A stretch of 64,000 bases of DNA from NCBI GenBank assembly GCA_002189035.1, contig CM007991.1, positions 4,464,001 through 4,528,000 of the forward strand. Reading direction: 5' to 3'. Position numbers and translations under genes: made by a program. The DNA is from Utricularia gibba (lineage: Eukaryota > Plantae > Magnoliophyta). The notes below the pieces were generated by a model, which made no database searches, was not told the DNA's origin, and was given only the letters and a program-made list of their open reading frames with translations. Position 1 is the stretch's first letter, and the number at the start of each line of letters is the position of its first letter. Positions 51,916 through 64,000 of this stretch are shown in pieces.

Positions 51916-52222
51916 TATGCCGATTCAAGAGTTGAATCAAGTATTGGTGCAAATATGAGATATTGGTATCAGATGGATGTTTATTCCATGAGATGGTTTA
52001 AACATATTTTGGGCAAAATGTATGTGATACATTTGTTGGTTTAACCTAGTCGGATTTATTTCTAGTTCGTGTGGACGAGCTAGAGCCATCGTTGTTTCGG
52101 TGCTGTAGCGATATGAGATATCACTGGTTACAAGAAGGGAAATTTTTGTTTTTCCCACCTTCCGCTGCGCGTAACCCAACATTTGGTTCGTCATATAACT
52201 TGATTTCCTTCTCACATCTTAG

Positions 52223-53023
52223 GGTGATCCAATAATGGTTCCTCCACCTTCTGGACCTTCAGCTCCAATTTTTCCTGCAGGACCTGGCTTCCAGTCAGCT
52301 TTACCAATGATAGGTTTCACGCTTGGTGCTGCCTCTTCTGTTCTGCCACATCTTACATCTTTTTCGGGTGATGCATATGGCGTTTCCGAGAGACCAAAAA
52401 AAGTTAGTTATGAATTATTTCCAGGTTTGAATCTGTTCAAATCCTTAATGCTAAAACATATGGTGTGACTGCGGGCTCCAGTGCCTAATTGGCTTAGGGA
52501 AGAAATTATTAAAAAGAAAGCAAGTCTTGCGACTTCTGCTCGAGATATTGACAAGATTGACTCGCCATCCCTTGAGGTCGATGGTGATGATGCATATTCT
52601 AGGAGTAGAGATCAAGCAGATAGCAAGAGCATCGATTCTTCAAGATCCGTTGAAGATGGGGATGATGAGGTGAATTCCCTCCATCCGTGTGACTAATTCT
52701 ATGTTCCCTTCGTACAACCTGTTGCAAATATCTGCTGTTCTTCTGTACTTTTGTTCAAGTTGACTGCTTGTTGGCGTTGCTGATTATGTGCTCATCACTA
52801 TTTGTTTTTTAGGTAGCAACGGAGGCCATTATGACGGCTGCTATGAGTAAGAAAATAAAACGCATTCTAACTGAAGTTCTTTTGAAGGTTGCACCTGCGT
52901 CAATGATAATCAACTATGAGTATTCTTGGAAATGCATTAACATTATTTTCAGGCAGTTCACAGACGAACTGTTTGAGGAAATAGCCTCTAAGGTTTTGGG
53001 AGAAGACGACATCTCCTCTGAAG
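52223..53023 (+). pseudogene. PNISR-like gene, exons 4-7 (+ strand), truncated
   Basis: Exons 52223-52402, 52475-52669 (acceptor mutated to GG), 52813-52887, 52957-53023: FSGDAYGVSERPKK/APVPNWLREEIIKKK...DQADSKSIDSSRS/KRILTEVLLK/FTDELFEEIASKVL. The LTEVLLKxTDE motif resembles PNISR LTEILLDVTDE. No downstream exons found. Confidence 0.78.
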
Positions 53024-56000
53024 GTTACTTAACAACACCCCCTCGTCGCCTGAAATTCTTGTTGACACGGTTTTAAACTTGTCAAGGGATGGTGTTGTCT
53101 AACATACTGAAAACGGTAAGTTCATTTTTTTACACTTTGTTTAGGTTAACTTATTCATTATTATATCCAAAATAAGGACTTCAATCATCTATTATTGCAC
53201 TTGTTGATGATAAAGATGAACAAAGTGAAGGCCGAAGTCTATGAAAATATTATTTAATAAATATTTTATTCTATCACTTTGGTGTTATTGTAATATTTTA
53301 TGGTTTTTTTAGTTAAAAATATGATTTTAATAAATAGTAAGTTTGAAATGCTAACCTTTTTGTATGTTGTAGAGAATAAAAATGGTAAAAAGTCAAATAA
53401 AAAATACACCTTTTGGGAGTTGAAAAAAGAAAATGTTAATTATTCTAGAAATTGTTACATGGGATGGATTTCCCATCGTGGAGTTGATACCCGTCATGAT
53501 AGGACATGATTTTTAAATTTTAAATTTATTATGGATTTGAAGTTTGAATTTGTGGATCAGACATATGTTTGGTGAAACCCTAATGTAATCCTACTTATTG
53601 ACATCCCGACTTGTACAATATTAATAATAAATACAATATAGATATATAACTCATATCTTTATGTCATTCAATCTTTTAAATAAAAGATATATCCTATGAT
53701 TCGTTTGAATCACAAGATCCACCGCAGTTGCATATTTGTGTTATATACTTTTTTTAAAAAAAAAATTGACACTACAATCGCATAAATATGATATGTGAAA
53801 GTTATTTTGAAAATCAAATTTGCAAATTTGGGGATGATCACCTAATTTCTTACAAAAAATTTGCAAACCATATTATACATTAATTAAATCTAAATTCAAA
53901 TAAGTTTAACTTGACTACAAAACAAACTTTTTGAAAATTTTTAAGTATCATTTATAGATGGCTAAATAATGTAAAGTTGCAATAACTCCCATCTATTAAG
54001 AGTTTTGATTTGAAATGTTGCACAACGCTCGTTTAGATAAGGTTTTGGTAAATTAGAAGCAATTTCATGAAAACTTACTTTATTGTTAAAGAAATTTTCT
54101 TTTTCTACATAAGATGAATTGAGAAAAGAGAACTATAGCAAAATATAAGAGGGTTACCCTAAACAACTTTTGAATTTCTTTATAAAAGTGAATCTCCTTA
54201 AAAAACAGATTTTCCTTCCAAAGCGAGCTAATACGTGATTTTTTAACTTGTCCCTAGTTCCTTTCAGTATGACTTGATTTTTCTTGTGTGTAATCCTTGT
54301 GAAGCAATTGGGCCATTCATTATATGATACGTTTGTTGGGCAGTGGAGTTTATATGCCCATTTATTGTTTTTTGGTTGCATATAAGTATCATGTGTGAAA
54401 AAGAAAAGGGAGTTTACCTTACAAAAGGTGACCTCTTGTGTTCCTCTCCGATGGGTGGTCGACCTCACATGCTTAGTGAAGGTTTCTCTTCTTGGATCAT
54501 GTTCTTCGTCTCATGCTAAGGAACTGGCGATAAGAACAATGTTAATTAAATTTTAATAAATTGGTTTTGAGTGGTGGTAACATTTCTTTGATCCATGAGA
54601 CAAGATCAAAGGGTTTATTGTCATAGGATGTGGCTTACAATATTTTATTGTTTGTAAAAATCTACTTAATTAATTCATTTCTAACATTTGTTTGTTGATC
54701 GTGTTGTAGACTTTGAGTTTCGATAGTACTCGTGAGATAAACTATGAACAAACGTGAGTGACCACAGGTTGGAAGGAAGCGCAGATTGGAGATTCAAATC
54801 GGAACCCAAGGAGCAATTTCGAGAAAGGAAAAACAACACTTTTAGTGTTCTTGTTACAGTGTTTTATATGTCGTGTGTGCAAGGATAAATTCGTAAATTC
54901 CTATATAGTGGCATAACGTGTCTCTAATAATTAACCTCCAGGATCCTCTTGATCGCTTTTTTCATCCAATAATCTTAACAAACTACGTTAAGTTTTATAT
55001 CATTTTCTTTTCTTTTTTTATGCAAACCTGTTTTAGGAATATTGCGTAGCTTTAATTGTCTTTATCTGGTACAACAAGTGAGGGACATATTGTATGCGGT
55101 ATATGCTTCTTGATCAACGTGCCTCCTGTATTTTTCTTATTGTGAGTTACTTACTCTACTAGAATCGCTGTTCAAATGGATGAAAATCATTCGAAAAGTT
55201 TCTCCACCAACTATTAAATCATCTTCAAATGGTCTTTTATATACAAAACCACATTTATCTACAAATAGTGATTACTGGAATGTCACACTTCTTTCAATGA
55301 GATTTTCCTTTATATGATTATATTGTTTTGTATGAAAGTTTAGTTGATGATAATATGTTTAGTGCTTCTAGAATGTTATACAAATTCATGCTATTGAAAT
55401 GACTGCTATATGTTTAAATATTTTGAATTATGCTTTCACTCCACTTGGATTTAAGAAAGTTTTTGAATGAAAAACGGCTTTTGAAATATGAAAAAAAAAA
55501 TAGAGCTAATTTATAAACAGATAGAGTTTGAAAAAAAAAAAAACAAATGCAATATATTAATGCAGGAGTTTGTGACTTTTGATGTAGATGAAATTATTTT
55601 TAAATTTTAAGAAAGATTTACTCTTTTTTTTTCAAATTGTTCTGATCTCTATCAAATGACAAATATTTACAAATTTTGAAAATATTTGGATGATTCTTGG
55701 ATTGGTAGAATAACAACTCTGTCGAAATCTATCAAAGAGACTAGATAGCGTCTTGAACCAAACTATTCAGTGATTCTAACATGGTTCACACCTTAGATTG
55801 ACTCAATGAGTTCAAGTAACATCTCTAACCAACCTCCACAATGAATCTAATATGGCTCACACACCAATTGAACCAAAGCAATGCCTCTTACCAAACTTCT
55901 TCGTGAATCCAGTGTGGTTAATCTCAAATATTAAGGAAAACTCTCCTTTTAAGAGGCCCTCCTCATCAAACATTAGAAAAACAAAACCCCTTCATGGAGT

Positions 56001-57543
56001 CTTTTTTTTTTTTTTTTTTTTTACTACCTCTTTGTAGGGCTCCCAAATTTATCTCTAGGATGATCTCCTCATAAGGTTCCCAAATTTTTACCTAGGGTAA
56101 AGGCATAGATAATTTTAGGGATAACCTCCTCATTAGGCTTCCAAATTCATTATATATATATAAATAATGCTATGACATACATATCTATTTCATGAAATAA
56201 GTTTTATCTTTTTTTTATAATGCAGATTAATTTTTTCTATTTATTTGTAAGTTTGTCATAACCTTATTCAATTATTAAAAAATTTATAAAAAAATTAAAA
56301 TTCCAATAACATATATTGTGAGAAAATAGATGTAGAAGTCAGCTATATCGATCATTAAGGCACAATTCAACTAGACAATACAAGCTTTAAAACATGTGAT
56401 ACCTAATGATTTTTTTACATAAAAAACATTGATCTTTATCATTGGTCACATGTTTTTTTTGACATATTTTCTAAATTTGCATTATTGACCAACAACAATT
56501 AAGAATCATTAAATATCACATTTAAAGGAAGAGCGCCACTTGGAATTGATCAAGATGTTAAATAAAATCAATGATGTACTTTTATCTTATTTGTTAATTA
56601 ACCGAAAGAAACAAAAAAGTGGATATGCCCTACAATTTAATAATATTGTGAGGAAGGTAGAAATGGTTTTTTGGATGATTGTGATAGAAGAAATTACAGA
56701 TAGATGTACATAAAAAAGAAATTGATAATGAAACTTACAACATACCAATGTGATTACCATGATTGTGATAAAGAAAATTACATTTAATGTTTTGTTTCTT
56801 TATATTAATATAAAATCATAATATTTTGAAAATTTTGAATTGATGGAATATCCCTTGCAAACACGTATGTCAACCCTTTCTTCATCAATTTGAAGTACTT
56901 TTCGACTATACTAGATAATACGACATGAAAGAGAAATCCAAAAAAAATACATAATAGAGATATTTTTCACTTGTCAAGCAAACAACATTAACTGAAAGTT
57001 GATGATTTTTCAATGTTGTCTCCTATTTGAATATGATGTATACTTGACGTCCATCAAAGAACCAACTTAAAAAGAAACATGTTATATCTGTAGTGTGCAA
57101 AAATTGCAATAAAATTGATCATGACAACAGGACATTCTAGACTATTTAATGTGGAGGCCTTTGAAAATGCACAAAATCAAGAACCGACTATTACAACAAC
57201 ACATGACTTAATAGCAATATGATTAAATTTTCCAAGTAGCCGAAGTGCTGGTGAAAGTTTAATAGCGTCACTTTAATAATTTGAATTTTAAATTTTCATC
57301 ATGAAAATATTCATATAAATACTATTTATAATATAAAAAATTCAAAAAAAAATAGCAATACTTCATTTAATTTCGAATTTTAACAAAATAAAGTTTTAAT
57401 ATATTTATATGTAAAAGTGAATCTAATGCTACTTTGTACATTTGTTACATTTTAAATTTAAGGTATGATTAAAAAAAATCCAATGTTACTTATCAAGTCA
57501 TTGTTTCTTTTAATCAATTTATACTACTTTAGTTATTTGTATT

Positions 57544-58854
57544 TGTTAAGTATCATTTTTAGTTAATTATTAGGTATTATTATGTGTTAATTTTGTATGA
57601 AGTCGTCCAAATTAGGAGTCTTATTATTAAGTATTTGATTTTTACTAGAAAATTCCTATTTTCCCATTTTGTGTATATTTTATGGCTTTTTTTCTCACAC
57701 TTTGACCGAGACATGTCATGAGATTGTCATAGAGTGTTGCAAGAGTATTGCAGGTGATCAGACTCTGAGTTTTCGTGCCTTGTACGCGAGTTGGAATGAT
57801 TGTGGGCGGAAGACTTACACTAGTCAAGGCGTTTGACTTACGGCATGTCAGAATTTGCGCAATGATTATGCGCAAACTTGCACCCAAAGAAAGTTTGGTG
57901 GCGCACACAAGACAGAAGGAATGATGGGAAGGGAACCCAAAGGAGTTAATACACGTGAGAAGTCATATAAAAACCACTTGGAGCACTTAGTTTTGGACTT
58001 TTGTCATTTCCTTTCTAGACTTAGAACTTTTAGGTTCTTCCTGCCTTCCAAGGAGGAAGAATACTTAGCTTTCAATTTCCTTTCTGTTTTCATGACCCTT
58101 TCGGACTAAAAACCTTGAGTTTCTGGGAAGTAGATGAAGTTTCCTTCCAAGTCTTGAGCAATACACTCGGTTCTTCGCTGAATTGATTTCGAATTTTGCA
58201 TACTTCCACGCGCTTTGTTGCAATATTTCTGTAACGACTCCTAGTCAAGGTCCATGAGTAGCAGGCCACTTCTCGCAGATTTTGGTGAAGATCAAGGTGA
58301 AGAGCACCAACTCCAACCCTGCTGGTTCGAGGGAAGTAGTGGATTGTTTGTGGCCTAGGTACCACAACAGTGGATAGGTTGTGACCTCGGACCTACCACT
58401 GGCTATTGGCAACAACTGGGCACACGCGCGCAATTCGGTTTTGAAGGCAATCGAAGTCAATCCTCTTGTCTTCCTAATCGTCCAAGGGGGAATCATATGA
58501 GGCTATTACTATGCCTCCTTGTCAATCAGAGTGTAAGGGAAAGTAGGCTATTCCTTGCTCCTATAACTAGCTATTCGAAAGAAATCAGTGAAAACCGAGG
58601 CAAGGACGGACAAAGGAAGGAGATGGAATCTTATTCCCAGGAACTGCGTACCGTAGTCAAGGTCCATTATTTAGGTTGCAATTTTTATTTCTGCATCTTA
58701 CAAACCCTCTTTTACAAAACCGTGGCATTTTGTAGAAGTTCTTTACAAAACGCTTTTCACGAAAAACAACTCCCTGAGATCGATACTCGTAGTACGCTTT
58801 CTAGTGTTTTACGTTTTAAATATTTAAAATTTTTTGAGAAAACGACACGCAATA
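57544..58854 (+). mobile_element. Solo LTR, family C, 1311 bp
   Basis: TGTTAAG...CGCAATA (terminal CA mutated to TA); perfect TSD GTATT (57539-57543, 58855-58859). Confidence 0.9.
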
Positions 58855-59013
58855 GTATTGGTCCAAATCTATAAAACTAAATACTCTCCATATATACTTT
58901 TTTGTGATTTTATCTCACAAATCTTTCTCATACATTATTTTGAATTCAATGTCTTTCTAAGAGTTTTGATGTCTAAAGTTGTTTTAGCCGTACGAGTTTT
59001 CTATGATGGTAAT

Positions 59014-60360
59014 TGATAAACGGAAATTCCTAGTGTCGTTGCAAAAATAGAAAATTCATTATCAAATAAATTTATAATCCCTAATCCTCACAAAATACAA
59101 ATTAAACACAAAGTGTACTGTGGAATTTGGGGTCGATCACAAGGAGCTTGTACTTGTCATGTATTTCAGCAGATGCAGAGTTCAATGTAATGATAGTCTT
59201 AGTTTAAGCTCAGACCAACAGTGGTAAACAAGTTCGGTAAACAAGATCAGTAAACAATTATCAGGTCTTAACGCTAAGGTAACAGGTGCTAGTTTTCACT
59301 TAGAATAATACTAAGGTGCCTTAAAGATCTACAGGTGGTGTGATGCCAAAATTCCTAATTTAATTTACCATGTTCCTACACTCACAACTTCAAATATCCT
59401 AAGTCTACCCAAGTCATTCATCACATTTTCGGCTAAGCTAGTCCACTATATCATCACCAACCTTGCAATTAGGTCTACCCGCATGCAAAACATATAGGAC
59501 TAGGTCTACCCGGTTTTACTGGTTCTACCCCGAACTAACACCTACTGCTCCCGTCTTGATTTGTTGGTCTACCTCTAAATCAAACATCTAAATTGTGAAG
59601 CTACTTGTTTCCCTCCTTAGGTCTATCCATGGTTTGATAGAAACAAGAGCTAAGAAAACAATGGTCAATTTTATTAAGACTTCTAGACCCACACCACCCT
59701 GCTTCACCTTAAGGCACTCCTAAGGTTTAGATACTCATGCTTTGAAGGTAAAATGGAATAGCGTTAACATAAAACAACGAAAATGTTGAGGACATCGTGC
59801 AGAAGTTGATTGTAGAAGCTAAAAACATAAACAAACGAAAATAAAGCAGTAAAGTTTCTTGATTACGTCTGCCACTGTTCACAGGCCGGAACAGTGGCAC
59901 TGAACTGGGTCTTGATCTTCTTCCTTCAAGCTAGAGGTTCTTCTCCAGAAAAATCTCTTTTCTTCCTCCTTCTCCTTCTATCTCTTCGTGTTCAAGTTTG
60001 GTTGGGGGAGAAACCCCTCGTGTGTGTTCTCTCAAAATTCTGGGTCGTCCCTTCTTTTTTTTGCGACTCTCTCTCCTCATCTTTCTCTTGCCTCCCACTG
60101 CCCAAGGCAAGTACATTCTCTGACAGATCTGCTGCTCTAGGCCCTCACTTGCAGACTGTCGCCATGACAGTGTACTCATTGCCCCCTGCGCCCTAGTGAC
60201 TTGCACGAAATCCAGATTTTTCCTTGATTATTGGGTTGCTGCTAGACTCCAAAATCGAGTTAGACATGGGGTGAGCTAAATCCTTTGATTTAGCCCACTA
60301 ATTACACTAAAATAAGGATATGTTTTTTTATAACATATACAATATTATTTATATACATCA
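59014..60360 (-). mobile_element. Family A LTR, third copy
   Basis: 3' end well defined; hairpin retained near 60271-60298; 5' end uncertain and TSD not matched. Confidence 0.8.
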
Positions 60361-61473
60361 ATATAAGTAAATTATGTGATTTTCATATGTATTTCAGACA
60401 CATGACTTCAACTAGACTTGAATCTATCTATAGAACCTTACCCTAGTCAACAGCATGAAGGGCTTAATGATTGATATTTTCATGTATTTTCATGTTTCTA
60501 GAGTATTTATTTAATATATTTATTTTACAGGTATGAAATTTTTATAAGATTTATAATTTAAAATGTTTTATAATTTTTAACATTTATAAAATATTTAATT
60601 CTCATTTTTCATTCTATCCTCATTTTCATTATTGTTTTATGAATACTAAAATTTTATTAAATATTTTTTATGAAAAATTTTTAAATTTACATTACATATT
60701 TTTTTTTTGATAACTAAATTTTAACTTTTCATTAGATTATTTGTTTTTTTGACAACTAAAACATTTTTTTTATAATCAAGTTTTAATTTTTCATTAGATT
60801 TTTTTTTTGGACAACTCATATCATTAATGTACCATATGAAACTAAGATGATTTTGAGTATGTTTAGTGATGTAACGTTCTACTTGTTACATGCCAAAGTG
60901 AATATCATAGAGTTGCTATCCATGATCAAAATCCAAACCCTACAATTTAATAAGATGATATTCCTTTTACATATTTTGATAGGAAGGTTATTCTAGAAAT
61001 TCTTTGGAGTGTGGATGACAATTTACAGATGATTGAATCTGATGGCGAGCCCAACAATAAACCTCTTCTTATTGGATGCAATCCATCGATGTGGAAGGAC
61101 TTAAATGATCACTCGAAAATTTGGTCATCTTATAATGCCATCACAATACTCCTTGCTCTTAGGTTTACCTTTGATAGCAAGGTTGAGTTAAAATATGGCA
61201 TCATAAATTACTCTATTTTGATAAGAGAATTTCATGTGTCAAGTAGCAATAATTCAATCTACTATCTTATTTGCTACCAAAATCATGAAAAAAAGTCAAA
61301 TGTTCATGGCATTTGAAAGTACAATTGCAATATTAGACAAGATCATGGAAGATTACGAATTTCCAAAAACACATCACATGTATGATCATGTTGGAGATCA
61401 GCCTCAATCCAAATACTGAAGTTGATAGGAAACATTAATCTTGTGTCATGAATTCATGTTCCAGTTAAAAAGG

Positions 61474-61692
61474 TGTTGGGTTTGGGTTGTTGGGCTTTTT
61501 ATATGTATTTTTATTCATTGTGGCTCATTGTTGGGTAACCTAGGTATTGGGTATATGTATACCCTACTAGGAACTCGTATGTTTTAGGTTTTCGATCATT
61601 CTTATTGTTCATGAGTCGTTTTTCATCCAAGGTGATCTCATAAGAATTATCCCTTTGTTCCTTCCCAAGACTCTATCTTTCTTCCATCAACA
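61474..61692 (+). mobile_element. 5' LTR of a Ty1/Copia element (219 bp)
   Basis: TGTTGGG...CATCAACA immediately followed by a PBS. Confidence 0.8.
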
Positions 61693-61704
61693 TGGTATCA
61701 TAGC
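61693..61704 (+). other. Primer-binding site (tRNA-iMet)
   Basis: TGGTATCATAGC, one mismatch to the canonical TGGTATCAGAGC. Confidence 0.85.
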
Positions 61705-61804
61705 AATAAGGTTCTCAAACCTGTGTTCGTTTCAGTATTTTATTTACCGTTCAGCCTTTTTCACTTAGTGGTTTTCCAAGTATCAACCCGAAGCTTGTCA
61801 AACA

Positions 61805-64000
61805 GTGGCTATGATGGCATCTGGTAGGGGGCCTCCGATATTTGATGGTTCTGAGTATGGAAGTTGGGTTAAAAAGATGCGTAGCTACCTTCGAGTCAAA
61901 AAGATTTGGGATGTTGTTGAAAGGGAGATACCGGCTATTCTAGTAACAAGCAAATCTACATCAGAACAACAAGAGAAAGCTGAGTATCTTCAACAAAGAA
62001 AAGATGAAGCAATGGATGCCTTATACCAAGCCATTTCTGAACATCTATTTGATGATATTGCAGAGTGTCAATCAGCGAAAGAAATATGGGATACTCTCAA
62101 ATCCCATTATGATAGTGATGTCAAACTCAGAGAGATAATATGCAAAAACAAGCTGGAGGACTTTGAGAGGAACAAAATGTTAGACAATAAAACCATACAA
62201 GTCTATTATGAATGTACTGCGAAGCTTGTGAAGGAGATTCGAGGATTGGGGGAAAAACTTGAAGATAAAAAGGTGATTAGCAAGGCAATCTCGAGCCTAC
62301 CTGCAAAATTCGAGCCAAAGTTATGTCCACTTGAGACAGAAAGAAAAATCCTTGACATTATTGAAGGAAAGCTCCATCAGTTGTATCCTGAATATCATGT
62401 TACACCAAAGCCAACATTTAGAGAATTCATGATTGAGTTGCAATCAGAAAAGAGATTGGAACTCAGAGATGGTTATGAGGTTGAGAAAACTTATGGTGAA
62501 GCTGCTCTCCTCACCAAAATGCAGAATATATATAAATTCATGTGCAACTAACAATGTCAAGGATGTCAAGTCAACAGACATCAAACAATCACCAACGTCA
62601 ATCCCAACTTCAATCATGGGTAATCAGAAGTGTAGGCATTGTGATAAATCCAACCACAAGAGTGAAGATTGTTGGACTTTAAGCACAAATGCTTGCAAGC
62701 ATTGCAACAAACAGAATCACAGGAGTGAGTTTTGTTGGTGGAAGCCTCATGCTTTGTGCATGAAATGCAATCAAAGAGGCCATCTTGACAAGGTATGTGG
62801 AATGTTAAATCCAATCAAAGTTAATCATAACAAGAAAACTACTTCCAATGATGAAAAATCACATGCATCATTTACCTACTTTGAAGACGAGCCAGAAATA
62901 TCTTTTGAAGATCCTTTTGATTATGAGTGTGCTCTAGTGACACTAGTCTCAGATGCTAAAGGCTGGTACTTGGATTCTGGTGCCTTCTATCATGTATGTT
63001 GTGATACAAGATCATTTTTCCAGCTTGAAAAGATTGGGAAGGAGGGAAGCATGTGCACGGGTGAAAATATTGGCATTGTGGGCAAAGGAAGCATTTTACT
63101 TATGCTAAAAGAAGGAACTGTTCAAGTTGATGATGTTTATTATTCACCAAACCTTAAATAGAACCTATTGAGCTTTGGCCAATTGAGCAGACAAGGTTTT
63201 GACATTGAGCTGATGAAGGATGCTGGTGTTATAACCACTGAAGTTAAAGTTGCTAATCCAAAAACGAAAATTGAATTCCATGCTATGTTGACCCCACCTA
63301 CAACCTCTACCAAATTATGGTCAGTGATAAAAAAAAGTTGTATTTTCTCACTTTAGGATCAAAGCAGCCTTTGGCACAAACGTTTTGGGTACTATAGCTT
63401 CAACAATCAGAAAATATTGTAGAAGAATAAGGAAGTACTGGAATTGAAAGACATCAAGTTTGCTGGTGCCATATGTGAAGTGTGCCATCAAGGTAAAACA
63501 GTGTAGAAAGCCATTTTATTCTAGTGATTCAATAGCAAAGGAGAAATTAGAACTTTTGCATACAGATGTTTGTAGACCATTTAAGGATTGTTCATTGGGG
63601 GAGGGGGGAGTAGATATTTTGTTACATTCATTGATGATTATTCACGTTATTGTTGGGTTTACTTTCTTAAAAGCAAGTCAGAAGTTCCTCATATCTTTCG
63701 AAAATTCAAAGTGATGACTGAGAATCAGAGTGGATGCTCCTTAAAGATGATTAGGTCAGACAATGGAGGTGAACTCTACAATAATAGCATGAGAATGTTT
63801 TGTGAAAATAAGGGAATCATGCATCAATTCATAGTACTATATTCTTCACAACAAAATGGTATATGTGAAAGGATAAACAGAACAATTCTTGATATGTCAA
63901 GATGCCTATTGTTTGAGAAAGATCTTCTGTTAGTGTATGTGTTCTAGAGACAATCAACTCATTGGCAAATCTTATCTTTTGATATTTACTTTGAATTGTG
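61805..64000 (+). pseudogene. Ty1/Copia gag-protease-integrase, frameshifted, runs off the window
   Basis: PPIFDGSEYGSWVKKMRSYL (gag), CCHC knuckles, WYLDSGA (protease), [64 protein letters not shown] (integrase). Confidence 0.92.

Noticed and set aside
56003-56140. Long T-run with adjacent imperfect CCCAAATTT subrepeats (possible SINE/LINE tail)
   Set aside because: No TSD, Pol III boxes or ORF2 remnant found.
61011-61419. ORFs possibly from a hAT transposase
   Set aside because: Similarity too weak to call without a search.
1-64000. CRISPR arrays, tRNA genes, prokaryotic systems
   Set aside because: None seen; spliceosomal introns and plant TEs indicate plant nuclear DNA.

Overview
AT-rich angiosperm (probably eudicot) nuclear DNA. 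There are four apparently intact genes: a small transmembrane-protein gene (-), a miR156-targeted SBP-box gene of the SPL13/TGA1-like type (-), a WRKY75-like group IIc factor (-) and a 15-exon sphingosine-1-phosphate lyase (DPL1, +). They sit in a dense transposon graveyard: at least six TSD-flanked solo LTRs from four families plus two more solo LTRs that have been split, hAT transposase remnants, a hAT MITE with a perfect 8-bp TSD, a Mutator element carrying a Ulp1 protease, Gypsy remnants, and the 5' part of a decayed Ty1/Copia element at the right edge. The most striking structure is at 45-53 kb. A PNISR-like gene has been scrambled: exons 1-3 are inverted and out of order, while exons 4-7 are on the other strand. 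A nested LTR-in-LTR whose two TSD pairs can still be matched is split across the rearrangement, and the break removed a conserved hairpin in the LTR. A 473-bp 26S rDNA fragment lies in an intron of the same gene. Other notable items are an unassigned 124-nt pre-miRNA-like hairpin at 4.3 kb, a likely imprecise intron loss in the SPL gene, and a strongly GC-to-AT-decayed LTR copy. Family and clade assignments come from motif recognition by eye, not database searches. Family names A-D are my own labels.
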